Under the pieces are notes generated by a model. It ran no database searches, was not told the origin of the DNA, and worked only from the letters and a program-made list of their open reading frames with translations. A stretch of DNA of 32,000 bases from Ignicoccus hospitalis KIN4/I (lineage in GTDB: Archaea; Thermoproteota; Thermoprotei_A; Sulfolobales; Ignicoccaceae), in contig NC_009776.1 of NCBI RefSeq assembly GCF_000017945.1, positions 30,001 to 62,000 on the forward strand, written 5' to 3'. The position numbers were made by a program, and so were the translations under genes. Each line of letters begins with the position of its first letter. Position 1 is the stretch's first letter. Below are positions 16,305 to 25,000 of the stretch, piece by piece.

Positions 16305-16700
16305 ATGGTGTGCCCTTACGCTAAGGTAAAGAGCATCTTCAGGAAGAAAGTAATCTGCGAGCTGCTGGGTAGCGAGGTGAACCACAAGAAGTACCCGTGC
16401 CTAAGCGGCAACTACGAGCGATGTCCCATTTATGAGGAGTTTAAGCACAGAGAGGGAGCCAAAGAGACGGAGCTAATAGCTCCGACGGGCAAGGAAGCGG
16501 AAAGCGACGAACCTTTGGAAAAGATGGTCAACGAGGAGGTAGTCAAGGCAAAGAGGTTCTACGACCCCAAGAAGGGGGAAGAGCCCCCCACTTGTTATGA
16601 TTGTCTTTACTTTTCGCCGACCACGCGGTACTGTTTGCTTCTAAGGAAAAAGGTCCCTAACCCTGAGGAGCCGGAATGTCGCCGCTCGAAGGCTTCCTAG
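16305..16700 (+). CDS. Cys-rich small protein (two 4-Cys modules), function unknown
   Basis: 131 aa. The N-terminal module has C3, C18, C32 and C40 (YPCLSGNYERCPIYEEF). The C-terminal module is C97-x2-C100-x9-C110-x14-C125 (PTCYDCLYF...YCLL...PECR). Confidence 0.55.
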   Translation: MVCPYAKVKSIFRKKVICELLGSEVNHKKYPCLSGNYERCPIYEEFKHREGAKETELIAPTGKEAESDEPLEKMVNEEVVKAKRFYDPKKGEEPPTCYDCLYFSPTTRYCLLLRKKVPNPEEPECRRSKAS

Positions 16701-17461
16701 CGGTGTATCGGGGCTTCGTCTGGGTGGTCAAAGGGGTTGACGTCTGTGAGGAAGGCGTAATAGCTTACCCCCGTTATGACCTTAAGGGGAGGAAGCTAGA
16801 GAAGGACGTAGTGGATAACTTAGTTCGGAGCGCCTTAGAACTTACGGACTGCGCTCCCAGACCGGTCCCCTTACTCCCCCTAGGCGAGACGGAGCTCGTG
16901 GACCCTAGACACTTGCTCGAGGCGGACCCCGCGGCTAAAGACTTCGCCTCCCTGTTCCCGTGTGAGGTCGGACTGACGGGCTCTCGTGCTTTGGGAATGG
17001 GAGGAGGGGACGTCGACTTAGTCGTTTACGACGAGAGCTGCTTCAACGACGTTATAGAAACCTTAAGGGAACTCAAGGCTAAAGGCGAGATAGGCCCTTA
17101 CGAGGGTAAGTGGGACGCCCTTGGCCCGAGGGCGAGGCGCAAGAGGAAGGAGTATTCCGTGTTGGAGGGGGTTTGGAAGGGAATACCCTATTCCATAAGG
17201 CTTGTTAAGGGGCCTAGGTCTCCTAGGAGGCCCGTAGCGGTGGCCCAAGTCATTAGGAGAGGCGTCGTCGTTCGCTCAGACCCCTATACGCCCACCCAAA
17301 TAGTGCTGCACGACGGAACGGTGGTCGAGAGCTTGCGTCTCCAGCACGCGGAGCTCCCGAGGGGTTATGAGGTCGTTATCGAAGGAATCCTAGAGGTGAG
17401 GGCGGACGGGGTGAGAGTATCCTTACCTCCGGGAGGAAGGTTAGAGATACTTGCTCCTTAG
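16676..17461 (+). CDS. Pol-beta-superfamily nucleotidyltransferase with a beta-rich (OB-like) C-terminal domain
   Basis: GLTGSRALGMGGGDVDLVVYDE matches the G-S...D-x-D NTase signature. The start lies 25 nt inside the preceding ORF. Confidence 0.55.
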   Translation: MSPLEGFLAVYRGFVWVVKGVDVCEEGVIAYPRYDLKGRKLEKDVVDNLVRSALELTDCAPRPVPLLPLGETELVDPRHLLEADPAAKDFASLFPCEVGLTGSRALGMGGGDVDLVVYDESCFNDVIETLRELKAKGEIGPYEGKWDALGPRARRKRKEYSVLEGVWKGIPYSIRLVKGPRSPRRPVAVAQVIRRGVVVRSDPYTPTQIVLHDGTVVESLRLQHAELPRGYEVVIEGILEVRADGVRVSLPPGGRLEILAP

Positions 17462-18195
17462 TGTCCCTGGCAGTAGCTCTGGAGGCCGGCATATGTAAGC
17501 CCGGGAACGTCTGTCCGGAGAGGGCCGGAAGCTTCTCATATCCCGACATACTAGTGGACGCCTTCGAGCTCCAGTGGGCGTGTCGCCTCTCTCAAAGGGG
17601 CGCCCCGCTGGGACTGGTTTACCGCGAGGCCTTGGGGGCTCAGCGGAGTACCCTTACGGGTTATGTCATATTAGCGGTACCCCTAATGAGACACTTGTCG
17701 AAGGGGTTGGATGCGACTAAGCGCGCTTTGGAAGATCTGAAGGCGAGTAAGGTTTACGACGCACAGCTCTTCTTGAAGTCCCTCTCGGAAACCGGCTTAA
17801 GCCACTACAAGAAGGTAGAAGGCTTCGTCGACGCCGACGAGTGGTGGACATTCGAGGGAAACCTCTGGGACCTCTTCCTCTACTTGTCGAAATTTGACGA
17901 CTTGTTTAGAGAGATAGTTAAAGGATATCCGTTAAGCTTGGAAGGCGCCCTCCGACTAATTCGGGAGGGTTATTCCAAGCGCACGCTCGAAGGGCTGCAG
18001 CGCTTCGTGCTTTCTAACATTATAGACAGTTTGGTGGCTCGCAAGCACGGCTACAGGGTGGCCTTGGGGCTCAATAGGGCCGCCAAGGAGGGCTACCACA
18101 GTTGGTACATCGAGGATAAAGGGATAAACCCGGGGACCGCCGCTGACATAATAGCCGTTTCAATACTTCTGGCGCTGGCTGAGGAAGCGAGATGA
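17461..18195 (+). CDS. CitG/MdcB-family (triphosphoribosyl-dephospho-CoA synthase-like) protein
   Basis: ICKPGNV, DSLVARKHG and the C-terminal INPGTAADIIAVSILLAL correspond to the PKPGLVDR, DTNVxSRGG and SPGGSADLL blocks of bacterial CitG as I recall them. The GTG start shares one base with the preceding TAG. Confidence 0.65.
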   Translation: MSLAVALEAGICKPGNVCPERAGSFSYPDILVDAFELQWACRLSQRGAPLGLVYREALGAQRSTLTGYVILAVPLMRHLSKGLDATKRALEDLKASKVYDAQLFLKSLSETGLSHYKKVEGFVDADEWWTFEGNLWDLFLYLSKFDDLFREIVKGYPLSLEGALRLIREGYSKRTLEGLQRFVLSNIIDSLVARKHGYRVALGLNRAAKEGYHSWYIEDKGINPGTAADIIAVSILLALAEEAR

Positions 18196-19349
18196 AGGTG
18201 GAAGTGACGTCTGAGGCAATAAGGAAGGCTAAGCTAGTCGGGCCGGTAATATATCAAAAGCACGTTAAGGGGAAGGCCGAAGTAGGCGAGCTCGTTGAGG
18301 TCGAAGGCGAAGGGGGGAAGCTCTGCGCCCTCTGGGACGAGACCGGCCCCGTGAGGCTCAGAGTGCTGTTCTGGCACGAGTGCCCGGGATCGGTGGAGGA
18401 CGCCATTCGAGAGGCCTTAATTAGGGCTTATAGGACTAGGGAGGCGAACGGCTCGGCCTCTTGGGAGGCCTACAGGCTAGTCAACAGCGACGGCGACTCC
18501 TTCCCCGGCCTAATAGTTGACGTCTACAAGGATTTGGCCGTCCTCCAGTCCTCCTCCCTAGCTATAGACAAGCACATAATGACCATAGCGAAGATAGTGA
18601 AGGACGTGACCGGGGCGGAGGCGGTGGCCGAGAAGAGCTCCCAGAGGGTCAGGGCCAAGGTGGGCTTGCCCCCTAGGGAGGGCCTCTTGATAGGCAACAA
18701 GAAGGAGACCGTGGTGGACGAGGAGGGGGTGAAGTTCAAGGTGAGCATAGAGGGGCAGAAGACCGGGCTCTACTTGGACCAGAGGGAGAACCGGGTTTAC
18801 GCGGAGAGGTTCTCTTCCGGCTCTAAGTTCTTGGACGCCTTCTCCTACACCGGCGGCTTCGGCCTCCACGCCTTGAAGGCCGGCGCGAGGGAAGTAACCT
18901 TCGTGGACGAGGACCCTTGGGCTTTGAGGGTTCTGAGGGAGAACTTGAGGCTGAACAACTTCGACGAGGGGAAGGTGAGAGTAGTTAGGGAGGACATCTG
19001 GAGTTATCTGAGAGCTCGACTCAAGAGGAGGGAAACCACAGAGGTCGCGAGCTACGACCCACCGGCGTTCATCCCCACCAAGGAAAAGTTGGAGGAGGGG
19101 ATGAGAGACTACATGAGGCTCTACGTTTACGCTTTGAAGCTCGCGGACCCCTCGAGTGTGGTGATGTTGTCGTCTTGTTCTCAACCGTTTACGAGGGACA
19201 TGTTCTTGTGGACGATAGCTAAGGCCTCTTACTTCAGTAATAGGGAGTCTAGAGTCTTCGCGGTTAGGGGTGCTTCAAGGGACCACGTATTTCCTCCCGG
19301 CTCCACTTACATGGAATACCTCAAGTTCGCCGCCCTCTCAGTATTTTGA
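18192..19349 (+). CDS. PUA-like domain + class I SAM-dependent methyltransferase (RlmI/COG1092 type)
   Basis: Motif I is LDAFSYTGGFGLHALKAGA and motif IV is SYDPPAF. Length (385 aa) and N-terminal beta domain resemble RlmI. ATGA overlap with the upstream gene. Confidence 0.8.
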   Translation: MKVEVTSEAIRKAKLVGPVIYQKHVKGKAEVGELVEVEGEGGKLCALWDETGPVRLRVLFWHECPGSVEDAIREALIRAYRTREANGSASWEAYRLVNSDGDSFPGLIVDVYKDLAVLQSSSLAIDKHIMTIAKIVKDVTGAEAVAEKSSQRVRAKVGLPPREGLLIGNKKETVVDEEGVKFKVSIEGQKTGLYLDQRENRVYAERFSSGSKFLDAFSYTGGFGLHALKAGAREVTFVDEDPWALRVLRENLRLNNFDEGKVRVVREDIWSYLRARLKRRETTEVASYDPPAFIPTKEKLEEGMRDYMRLYVYALKLADPSSVVMLSSCSQPFTRDMFLWTIAKASYFSNRESRVFAVRGASRDHVFPPGSTYMEYLKFAALSVF

Positions 19350-20190
19350 AATAGTAACAACACCTCACGAACCACAAGAGCCAGCTCGCCAGTCCCTTCC
19401 CTACTATGAACGAGAGTAGAGCTGCGGAATCAATGACAGAGTCTGCCTTCGATAGCGGAAACTTCTCGCCTAAGGCAGTCACTTTCAATATCAAGTATAC
19501 GAGCGCCAGTCCGCCGCTCACGCCCAAGGTCCCTACGGGGTCCCACCAACCGTAGAAGAACAGCACAATCGTTATTGCAGATAAGTTAAAGCCGACCCAG
19601 AATGACCTCAACGAGTTGCTATAGTACAGCCTCTGCGCTATTGTTAACCAGATGAGCGCGGTGATGCCCGCGGCTACGGCGGGTACGTACCTAAAGTTCT
19701 CCATAGTGGTAAAGTGTTGCTCTATCAAGTAGACTAAGATTAAAGAAAAGAGCGCGAGTAAGCGGTCGCCCCTTTCCATAATGCCCTTTCCCGCCAGCGC
19801 TACGCCTTCGCTCTCGGCGGCGGCCCTTACGCTCGAGATTATTATGGAGCCCGTAATCCATAGGTATGTAACAGTCCACGGGACGCCGAGCGCGGGGAGC
19901 GAGTAGAAGATTATGGTGTCGTTTAGGCGGTCTACGGCCGAGTCCAAGAACGCCCCGGCTTTGGAAGTCTTTCCCGTCAGCCTGGCTACTGCCCCGTCTA
20001 AAGCGTCGAACAACGTTGACAACAAGAGGAAAGGGAGGGCTTCGAGGACCATTCCTTTCCAGACGAGGTAAGTGAAGGTGGCTGCGAAGGGTATGCTGAG
20101 CAAAGTTATTACGTTTGGCGAGAGTTTGGATAAGGGCCTAGCCGCGAGCTTGAGCAGTCCTTCTGTGCGACCCCTCAGTTTTTCCATCAA
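19321..20190 (-). CDS. CDP-alcohol phosphatidyltransferase family protein (archaeal polar-lipid or DIP-phosphate synthase type)
   Basis: DALDGAVARLTGKTSKAGAFLDSAVDRLND fits D-G-x2-A-R-x8-G-x3-D-x3-D exactly. Multiple TM segments are present. Confidence 0.85.
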   Translation of the reverse strand: MMEKLRGRTEGLLKLAARPLSKLSPNVITLLSIPFAATFTYLVWKGMVLEALPFLLLSTLFDALDGAVARLTGKTSKAGAFLDSAVDRLNDTIIFYSLPALGVPWTVTYLWITGSIIISSVRAAAESEGVALAGKGIMERGDRLLALFSLILVYLIEQHFTTMENFRYVPAVAAGITALIWLTIAQRLYYSNSLRSFWVGFNLSAITIVLFFYGWWDPVGTLGVSGGLALVYLILKVTALGEKFPLSKADSVIDSAALLSFIVGKGLASWLLWFVRCCYYFKILRGRRT

Positions 20191-20208
20191 TCCCCTCTCC
20201 TCAAGGCC

Positions 20209-21969
20209 TCAAGAGACCATTTCTAATAACTCGCTTGAGCTCAAGAAGCGCTTGGGGTACCACTTAGCTAGGACTTCCTTATAGTTCAAGAACCTCGTGT
20301 CTGCAAGTATTACGACCCCGCTGTCGGAGGGACTCCTCACCAACCTCCCGACGGCTTGTTTTACTTTGACTAACATTTCCTCCTCGTAGAGCTTTTCCAA
20401 CGTCTTCTTCCAGTCTCCCTTTGAGACCGCCTTTGAGAAGTCCTCAAGGTAAGGGCTGGGCGACGGGAAGGGAGCACCCAATACGGCGACCGCCCTTATT
20501 ATGCTAGAGCCCCCTTCGTCAACTAATTCCACTCCTTCAGTCAACTGATCCCCGGCGACCGCGGCTACGAGTGACGCGCCCCTCTTGGCCGCTTCTAAGA
20601 CCTTATGGCCCAACCCCCTCTCGCTCACTATCACGTTGACTTCGCCCCTCTCGGAGAGCTCTGACAAGTGGGGTTTAGCTAAGGAGAGCGCGCTGTAAGA
20701 GGGGTAAACCATCAAGCAAGTCCCTCCGCTCCTCGCGACCATCCGGTAGCACGCTAGTTCAATCCTCTTACGCCTCTCCATCATTACGGGGTCGTTCCTA
20801 AGCTTGTACTTGCTGCTGTAGTCGGTAATAAACAAATACATTACGTTGTTTGGGTTAAACAAGTTAAAGTAAGAATTCCTCAAATACTCATTATCGAACA
20901 AGTCTAAGTAAACCACTTCAGCCGACAGAACGGTTTCGAGGAACTGTTTGGAGTGTAGGGTTCCCGAGAGGAGTATTAACCCCTTGCTCTCATTGACGTA
21001 CTTGGAGATCCAAGGCTTAAGTTCCCTGATAACGAGGGAATCTCCCTCCAGGTAAGCCGCCCCGTGCCCGCTCTCTAAGAGCGTGAAGGCTTCCAAGACG
21101 TCCCTAATCTGTACGGCCAAGTCCGCGGCTGGGTGGGCTTCTAAGACTAATTTGGGTAATGCCCTCTCTAGCGCTTCCACTATTATCTTTATTTCTGAGG
21201 TCGACACCTCGAAGAAGTTAGTTACTCTCAGCGGCCTTTCCACCACACTGAAACCTTTCAACCTCCTGAGCACGTTGATCAACGAGAGTATAGTTGTGGA
21301 AAAAGTCTTCATAACCTCGACAACCTCCTTCACTCCCTCAGTACTGTTTAGCGACTTGAAGAGTTTGGGGTAGGAGGACAGCAAGCCTATCGCTCTATCA
21401 AGCTTGAACTTCCTCTCCCTTACAAACTTCAGCAAGTTATGCGCCTCGTCGACGACTATTAGGGCCTCCTTGAGGTCCGTTCCTAGTTTAGGCAAGATGT
21501 CCGGGGAGAGGTACTGGTAACTTAACACCACTAAGTCTGCGTCCTTGGAGAGCTCCTTCAATGTTACGTAGGGACATTTGAAGGACCTTATAGTACTCTC
21601 AATCCATGAGAAAACCTCCGTCCACGAAGCGGGCGGCTCACCTACCCTGTCCCTCCAAGAGCACTGAGGGCACAAGTTCACCCCGGCGTAGCCGGCTGGA
21701 CAAGCCTTCTCCTTCCCTATCAGCGGGACGGCCTTCAGACGTAACCCGAACCTCTCTACGTCCCTGAGCGGGGGGAGGAGCTGGGTTACTGTCCTCACTG
21801 CGAACAAGGACTTCTTAGCTATCCCGAGCTCTATAGCACTTTCGATTATCTTGAGGGCAGTTAGGGTCTTACCGCTTCCAGTGGGGGAGTTGATTGCAAT
21901 GACCTTCTTGCCCTCTTTCAGCTCTTCGAGTGAACGGTTCACGAAGTACTGTTGCCAAGGCCTTAGCAT
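20209..21969 (-). CDS. xpd: XPD/Rad3-family 5'-3' DNA helicase with FeS domain
   Basis: NSPTGSGKT (Walker A) and VVDEAHNL (DEAH). The Cys cluster ACPAGYAGVNLCPQC...FKCPY follows the XPD 4Fe-4S pattern. Architecture resembles Sulfolobus XPD. Confidence 0.82.
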   Translation of the reverse strand: MLRPWQQYFVNRSLEELKEGKKVIAINSPTGSGKTLTALKIIESAIELGIAKKSLFAVRTVTQLLPPLRDVERFGLRLKAVPLIGKEKACPAGYAGVNLCPQCSWRDRVGEPPASWTEVFSWIESTIRSFKCPYVTLKELSKDADLVVLSYQYLSPDILPKLGTDLKEALIVVDEAHNLLKFVRERKFKLDRAIGLLSSYPKLFKSLNSTEGVKEVVEVMKTFSTTILSLINVLRRLKGFSVVERPLRVTNFFEVSTSEIKIIVEALERALPKLVLEAHPAADLAVQIRDVLEAFTLLESGHGAAYLEGDSLVIRELKPWISKYVNESKGLILLSGTLHSKQFLETVLSAEVVYLDLFDNEYLRNSYFNLFNPNNVMYLFITDYSSKYKLRNDPVMMERRKRIELACYRMVARSGGTCLMVYPSYSALSLAKPHLSELSERGEVNVIVSERGLGHKVLEAAKRGASLVAAVAGDQLTEGVELVDEGGSSIIRAVAVLGAPFPSPSPYLEDFSKAVSKGDWKKTLEKLYEEEMLVKVKQAVGRLVRSPSDSGVVILADTRFLNYKEVLAKWYPKRFLSSSELLEMVS

Positions 21970-21989
21970 CTGGAAATCCGCGGAGGGGC

Positions 21990-22436
21990 TCAGCTGCGGC
22001 CTAATAACTCCCAGAGGAGCTCTTCGAAGCTCTCGGTGTCGTGACCGCTCTCCAGCCAGAAGAACTTGTTGCCGGAGCTCCAGAAGGCTGAGGGGTAGGA
22101 TTCTTTGAAGTTGGGATACGTAGTATAGACCATTATAACGTCTTTATTCCCGACTTTAGTTTTCGTCACTTTCTCTATATCCATCATATCTTTGAGAGCT
22201 GTCAATGTGTTGTAGACCCAGTTCACCAAGCCCTTGGCCTTATCTTCGTTTTCTAACTCAAAGATCCATAGCACAGAATCATCGTCATAGCGTATCGCAG
22301 TCACTTTATCCGGGTCGACGACCTTGCTCGAGAGCATAGCCCTTGCGAGGGCGGTCTTAGCTTTTTCAAATAACTCGAAGGCCTTCTGACCACTAACTCT
22401 CGAGACCTCTCGCGGCAAGCCCGTGCTACCCATCAC
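21990..22436 (-). CDS. hypothetical protein (148 aa), immediately upstream of xpd on the same strand
   Basis: ORF with protein-like composition and no motif I can recognise. Confidence 0.45.
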   Translation of the reverse strand: MMGSTGLPREVSRVSGQKAFELFEKAKTALARAMLSSKVVDPDKVTAIRYDDDSVLWIFELENEDKAKGLVNWVYNTLTALKDMMDIEKVTKTKVGNKDVIMVYTTYPNFKESYPSAFWSSGNKFFWLESGHDTESFEELLWELLGRS

Positions 22437-22481
22437 TACATACGCCCCGGGGTTAGATTAAGGGATGAGGTCGTCAAGGCC

Positions 22482-23213
22482 GTGTTTCGCTACTTCGGTA
22501 TCTTGTCGCCCGGGAGTTCAATAAAGGAGGGCGAGTGGACCGTTGAGTTGCGTTGTAGTAAGGAGGGCAACTGTATCTATAGAAGACAGTCCTCGGAGAC
22601 GGGCGAGAGCGTAGAAGAGATACTCGGAGGGGTGGACGAGCTTCGGCTCTACCCGGACATCTACGGCGGTGAGAACGTCTACTACTTGTACTTGGATCTC
22701 GAAAGAGAACTGCTGTTAGCTCCGGACTCCGAGACCATGATTACTGTGGGCGTACCGATAGCTATCAGAGTTGTAATGATTAAGAGATTCATGTTTAGGG
22801 ATGTTAGCACGGGCAAGGAGTGGGTAGAGGAGCGCAAATATGAGGTAGACAGGATACCGCTCTCCAAGGTCACCTACGCCCTCTATGGAAGTCCGGAGAG
22901 GGGGATACTCGCCCGCTATTATAAGGCCAAAGTGGGTTCGTGGCTTATATTGAAAGAAGCCCCAATGGAAGTTTATATATTCAACAATACGCAAAGGGTC
23001 GAAAAGGTGAAGAGAATAGTCTTTCCGACTCTGTTACCCAAGTTGTTCTTCGTACCCGGCAGCGGCAAAGTGGACGTCTCCCCGATAGCTGTTGAGATAG
23101 AGAGGGGCGTGGCTACGATCAGAAGGCTGAGGGACACACCCAGAAAGCAAGGTTACGTGGAAGTCCCGGACACGGGGAAGGTTCCTAGGTGGGTGGCTAT
23201 TTTTGGTCTTTGA
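22482..23213 (+). CDS. hypothetical protein (243 aa), archaeal conserved-looking
   Basis: GTG start. Mixed beta-rich sequence with no catalytic motif recognised. Confidence 0.5.
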   Translation: MFRYFGILSPGSSIKEGEWTVELRCSKEGNCIYRRQSSETGESVEEILGGVDELRLYPDIYGGENVYYLYLDLERELLLAPDSETMITVGVPIAIRVVMIKRFMFRDVSTGKEWVEERKYEVDRIPLSKVTYALYGSPERGILARYYKAKVGSWLILKEAPMEVYIFNNTQRVEKVKRIVFPTLLPKLFFVPGSGKVDVSPIAVEIERGVATIRRLRDTPRKQGYVEVPDTGKVPRWVAIFGL

Positions 23214-23970
23214 GGTAGACTACGTGTATAGGGAACGGTATCTCAATGTTGTACTTCTGGCACACCTTGAATATTTCCTCACGGATTGATTTGTACATAT
23301 CATACCACTTCTTCGTGGGCACCCACAAGTTAAGCCTTATTAGGACGTAGAAGTCGCCGAAATCTTCGATGAATATCTCTGGCTCGGGTACTTGCAAGAC
23401 GTCGGGGTGTTTGGAGAAGTAACTCCTAAAGACGTCTAACGCCTTCAACGCGTCAGAATAGCTTACGCCGACCCGTACTTGGAGGCGTCTTGCAACAGTT
23501 CCAGTCTTATTGATTATAATGTCATTGAAGAAGGTTGAGTTAGGTATGCGCGCTAACTCGCCGTCTATGGTGAGTAGCATAGTAGAAAATATGTTGAAAG
23601 ATTGGACTTTCCCGCTGATGCCGCTATTCTTGAGCTCGACAAAGTCCCCTATTTTTAGGGGTCTTTCAATCATTAGGAATAGGCCGGATATCGCGTTTGA
23701 TATTACTGTTTGAGCTGCGAACGAAATAGCCAAGGTTAATATACCACCTGCCATCAGCAAGTTTTGTATTGGGACTCCTATTGCCGACAAGAAAGCCATT
23801 ATCAAAAGTGCGTAAATGAGGTACGTTATTATGCGAACGCCCATAAACGCTAGGTTTTCGTCGCCTAAGCTTCTGACCAAGAGTTCACTCAGCTTGTCCT
23901 CTCCAACTTTTCTGATGATTAGATATATCGACAGCAACACTACAATACTCAGAACGTCCACGGGCGTCAA
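23197..23970 (-). CDS. mscS: small-conductance mechanosensitive channel (MscS family)
   Basis: Pore helix and beta domain signature AAQTVISNAISGLFLMIERPLKIGDFVEL...GKVQSFNIFSTMLLTIDGELARIPNS. TTG start. Confidence 0.82.
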   Translation of the reverse strand: MTPVDVLSIVVLLSIYLIIRKVGEDKLSELLVRSLGDENLAFMGVRIITYLIYALLIMAFLSAIGVPIQNLLMAGGILTLAISFAAQTVISNAISGLFLMIERPLKIGDFVELKNSGISGKVQSFNIFSTMLLTIDGELARIPNSTFFNDIIINKTGTVARRLQVRVGVSYSDALKALDVFRSYFSKHPDVLQVPEPEIFIEDFGDFYVLIRLNLWVPTKKWYDMYKSIREEIFKVCQKYNIEIPFPIHVVYLKDQK

Positions 23971-24108
23971 CGCTTTACTTCCGACGAGACGCGTGTGCCA
24001 GGGTCGTAAAAGCCGATGAGGACCCGTGTTTCAGCCGAACTCGTGAGGAGACGAGGCCGTGCACCGAGGCTTAAAGAGTAAATGGTCATTCGAAGTGGCG
24101 GATGAAGA

Positions 24109-24954
24109 ATGAAGGTGGGGATAGCCTACGACCATCCCAGGTGGGAGGAGAAACACATAATCGAGCTGTTGAGGTCTAGGGGCCACGAGGTGATAGAGTA
24201 TCCTCTCAGACATAGTTCGTTCGAAATAGGCGTCTCCAGCGAACTTCCGGACGTGGTGGTTCAAAGGGCTGTGAGCAGCGCTAGGGCGATTTCCTTCACC
24301 GCGCACATGGAGTCAATGGGCGTTCCGGTAGTTAATTCTCTTCATACACAGCTGGTGTGCGATAATAAGGTGTTGACAGACTCGGCCCTCAATAAGGAGA
24401 ACGTGCCTCGGCCCAGAACGTTCATCGCGTACGACTTGGAGAGCGCCTTAGAGGCCGCTAGGGAGTTAGGCTTTCCCCTAGTCGTTAAGCCCCTACAGGG
24501 GAGTTGGGGGAGGCTTCAAGCCTTAGTAAAGGACGAGGACGCCCTAAAGGCCATAATAGAGCATAGGGAAGCCATGCCTTCGCCCCAGTTCAAGGTCCAT
24601 TACCTTCAAGAATATATAAACAAGCCTAATAGAGACATCAGAGTGTTCGTAGTAGGGGACTCCGTTCCAGTAGCTATATATAGAATCTCCGAGAGGGAGT
24701 GGAGGACCAACACGGCCCTTGGGGGCAGGGCCGAGAAGGCAGAAGTCGACGAGGAGCTCGAGGAACTTGCCATAAAGGCGGCTAGGGCTGTGGGAGGCGG
24801 CGTGTTGGGCGTGGACGTGGTCGAAGATCCAGAGAGGGGCTACTTAGTGATTGAGGTTAATTCCAACGTGGACTTTAAAAACACATACAAGGTTACAGGC
24901 TTTGATATGGGAGAAGCCATAATAGACTATGCTTTGTCTTTAGTAAAACGTTGA
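24109..24954 (+). CDS. lysX: LysX/ArgX/RimK-family ATP-grasp ligase
   Basis: Collinear with Thermus LysX as I recall it: VVKPLQGSWGRL, YLQEYINKPNRDIRVFVVGD, WRTNTALGGRAE and GVDVVEDPERGYLVIEVNSNVDFKN. Confidence 0.8.
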   Translation: MKVGIAYDHPRWEEKHIIELLRSRGHEVIEYPLRHSSFEIGVSSELPDVVVQRAVSSARAISFTAHMESMGVPVVNSLHTQLVCDNKVLTDSALNKENVPRPRTFIAYDLESALEAARELGFPLVVKPLQGSWGRLQALVKDEDALKAIIEHREAMPSPQFKVHYLQEYINKPNRDIRVFVVGDSVPVAIYRISEREWRTNTALGGRAEKAEVDEELEELAIKAARAVGGGVLGVDVVEDPERGYLVIEVNSNVDFKNTYKVTGFDMGEAIIDYALSLVKR

Positions 24955-25000
24955 GGTCCTTAAATAGGCCACTTAACTGCGGGCTGAGTGGTGGAAGGGA

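Noticed and set aside
18558-19184. Long antisense ORFs (this one, and also 25178-25696, 4345-4767, 5757-6206, 28015-28513, 28858-29316 and 31607-31954)
   Set aside because: All lie opposite genes with strong motif support. Their skewed low-complexity composition (R/P/G/L or S-rich) is typical of antisense frames.
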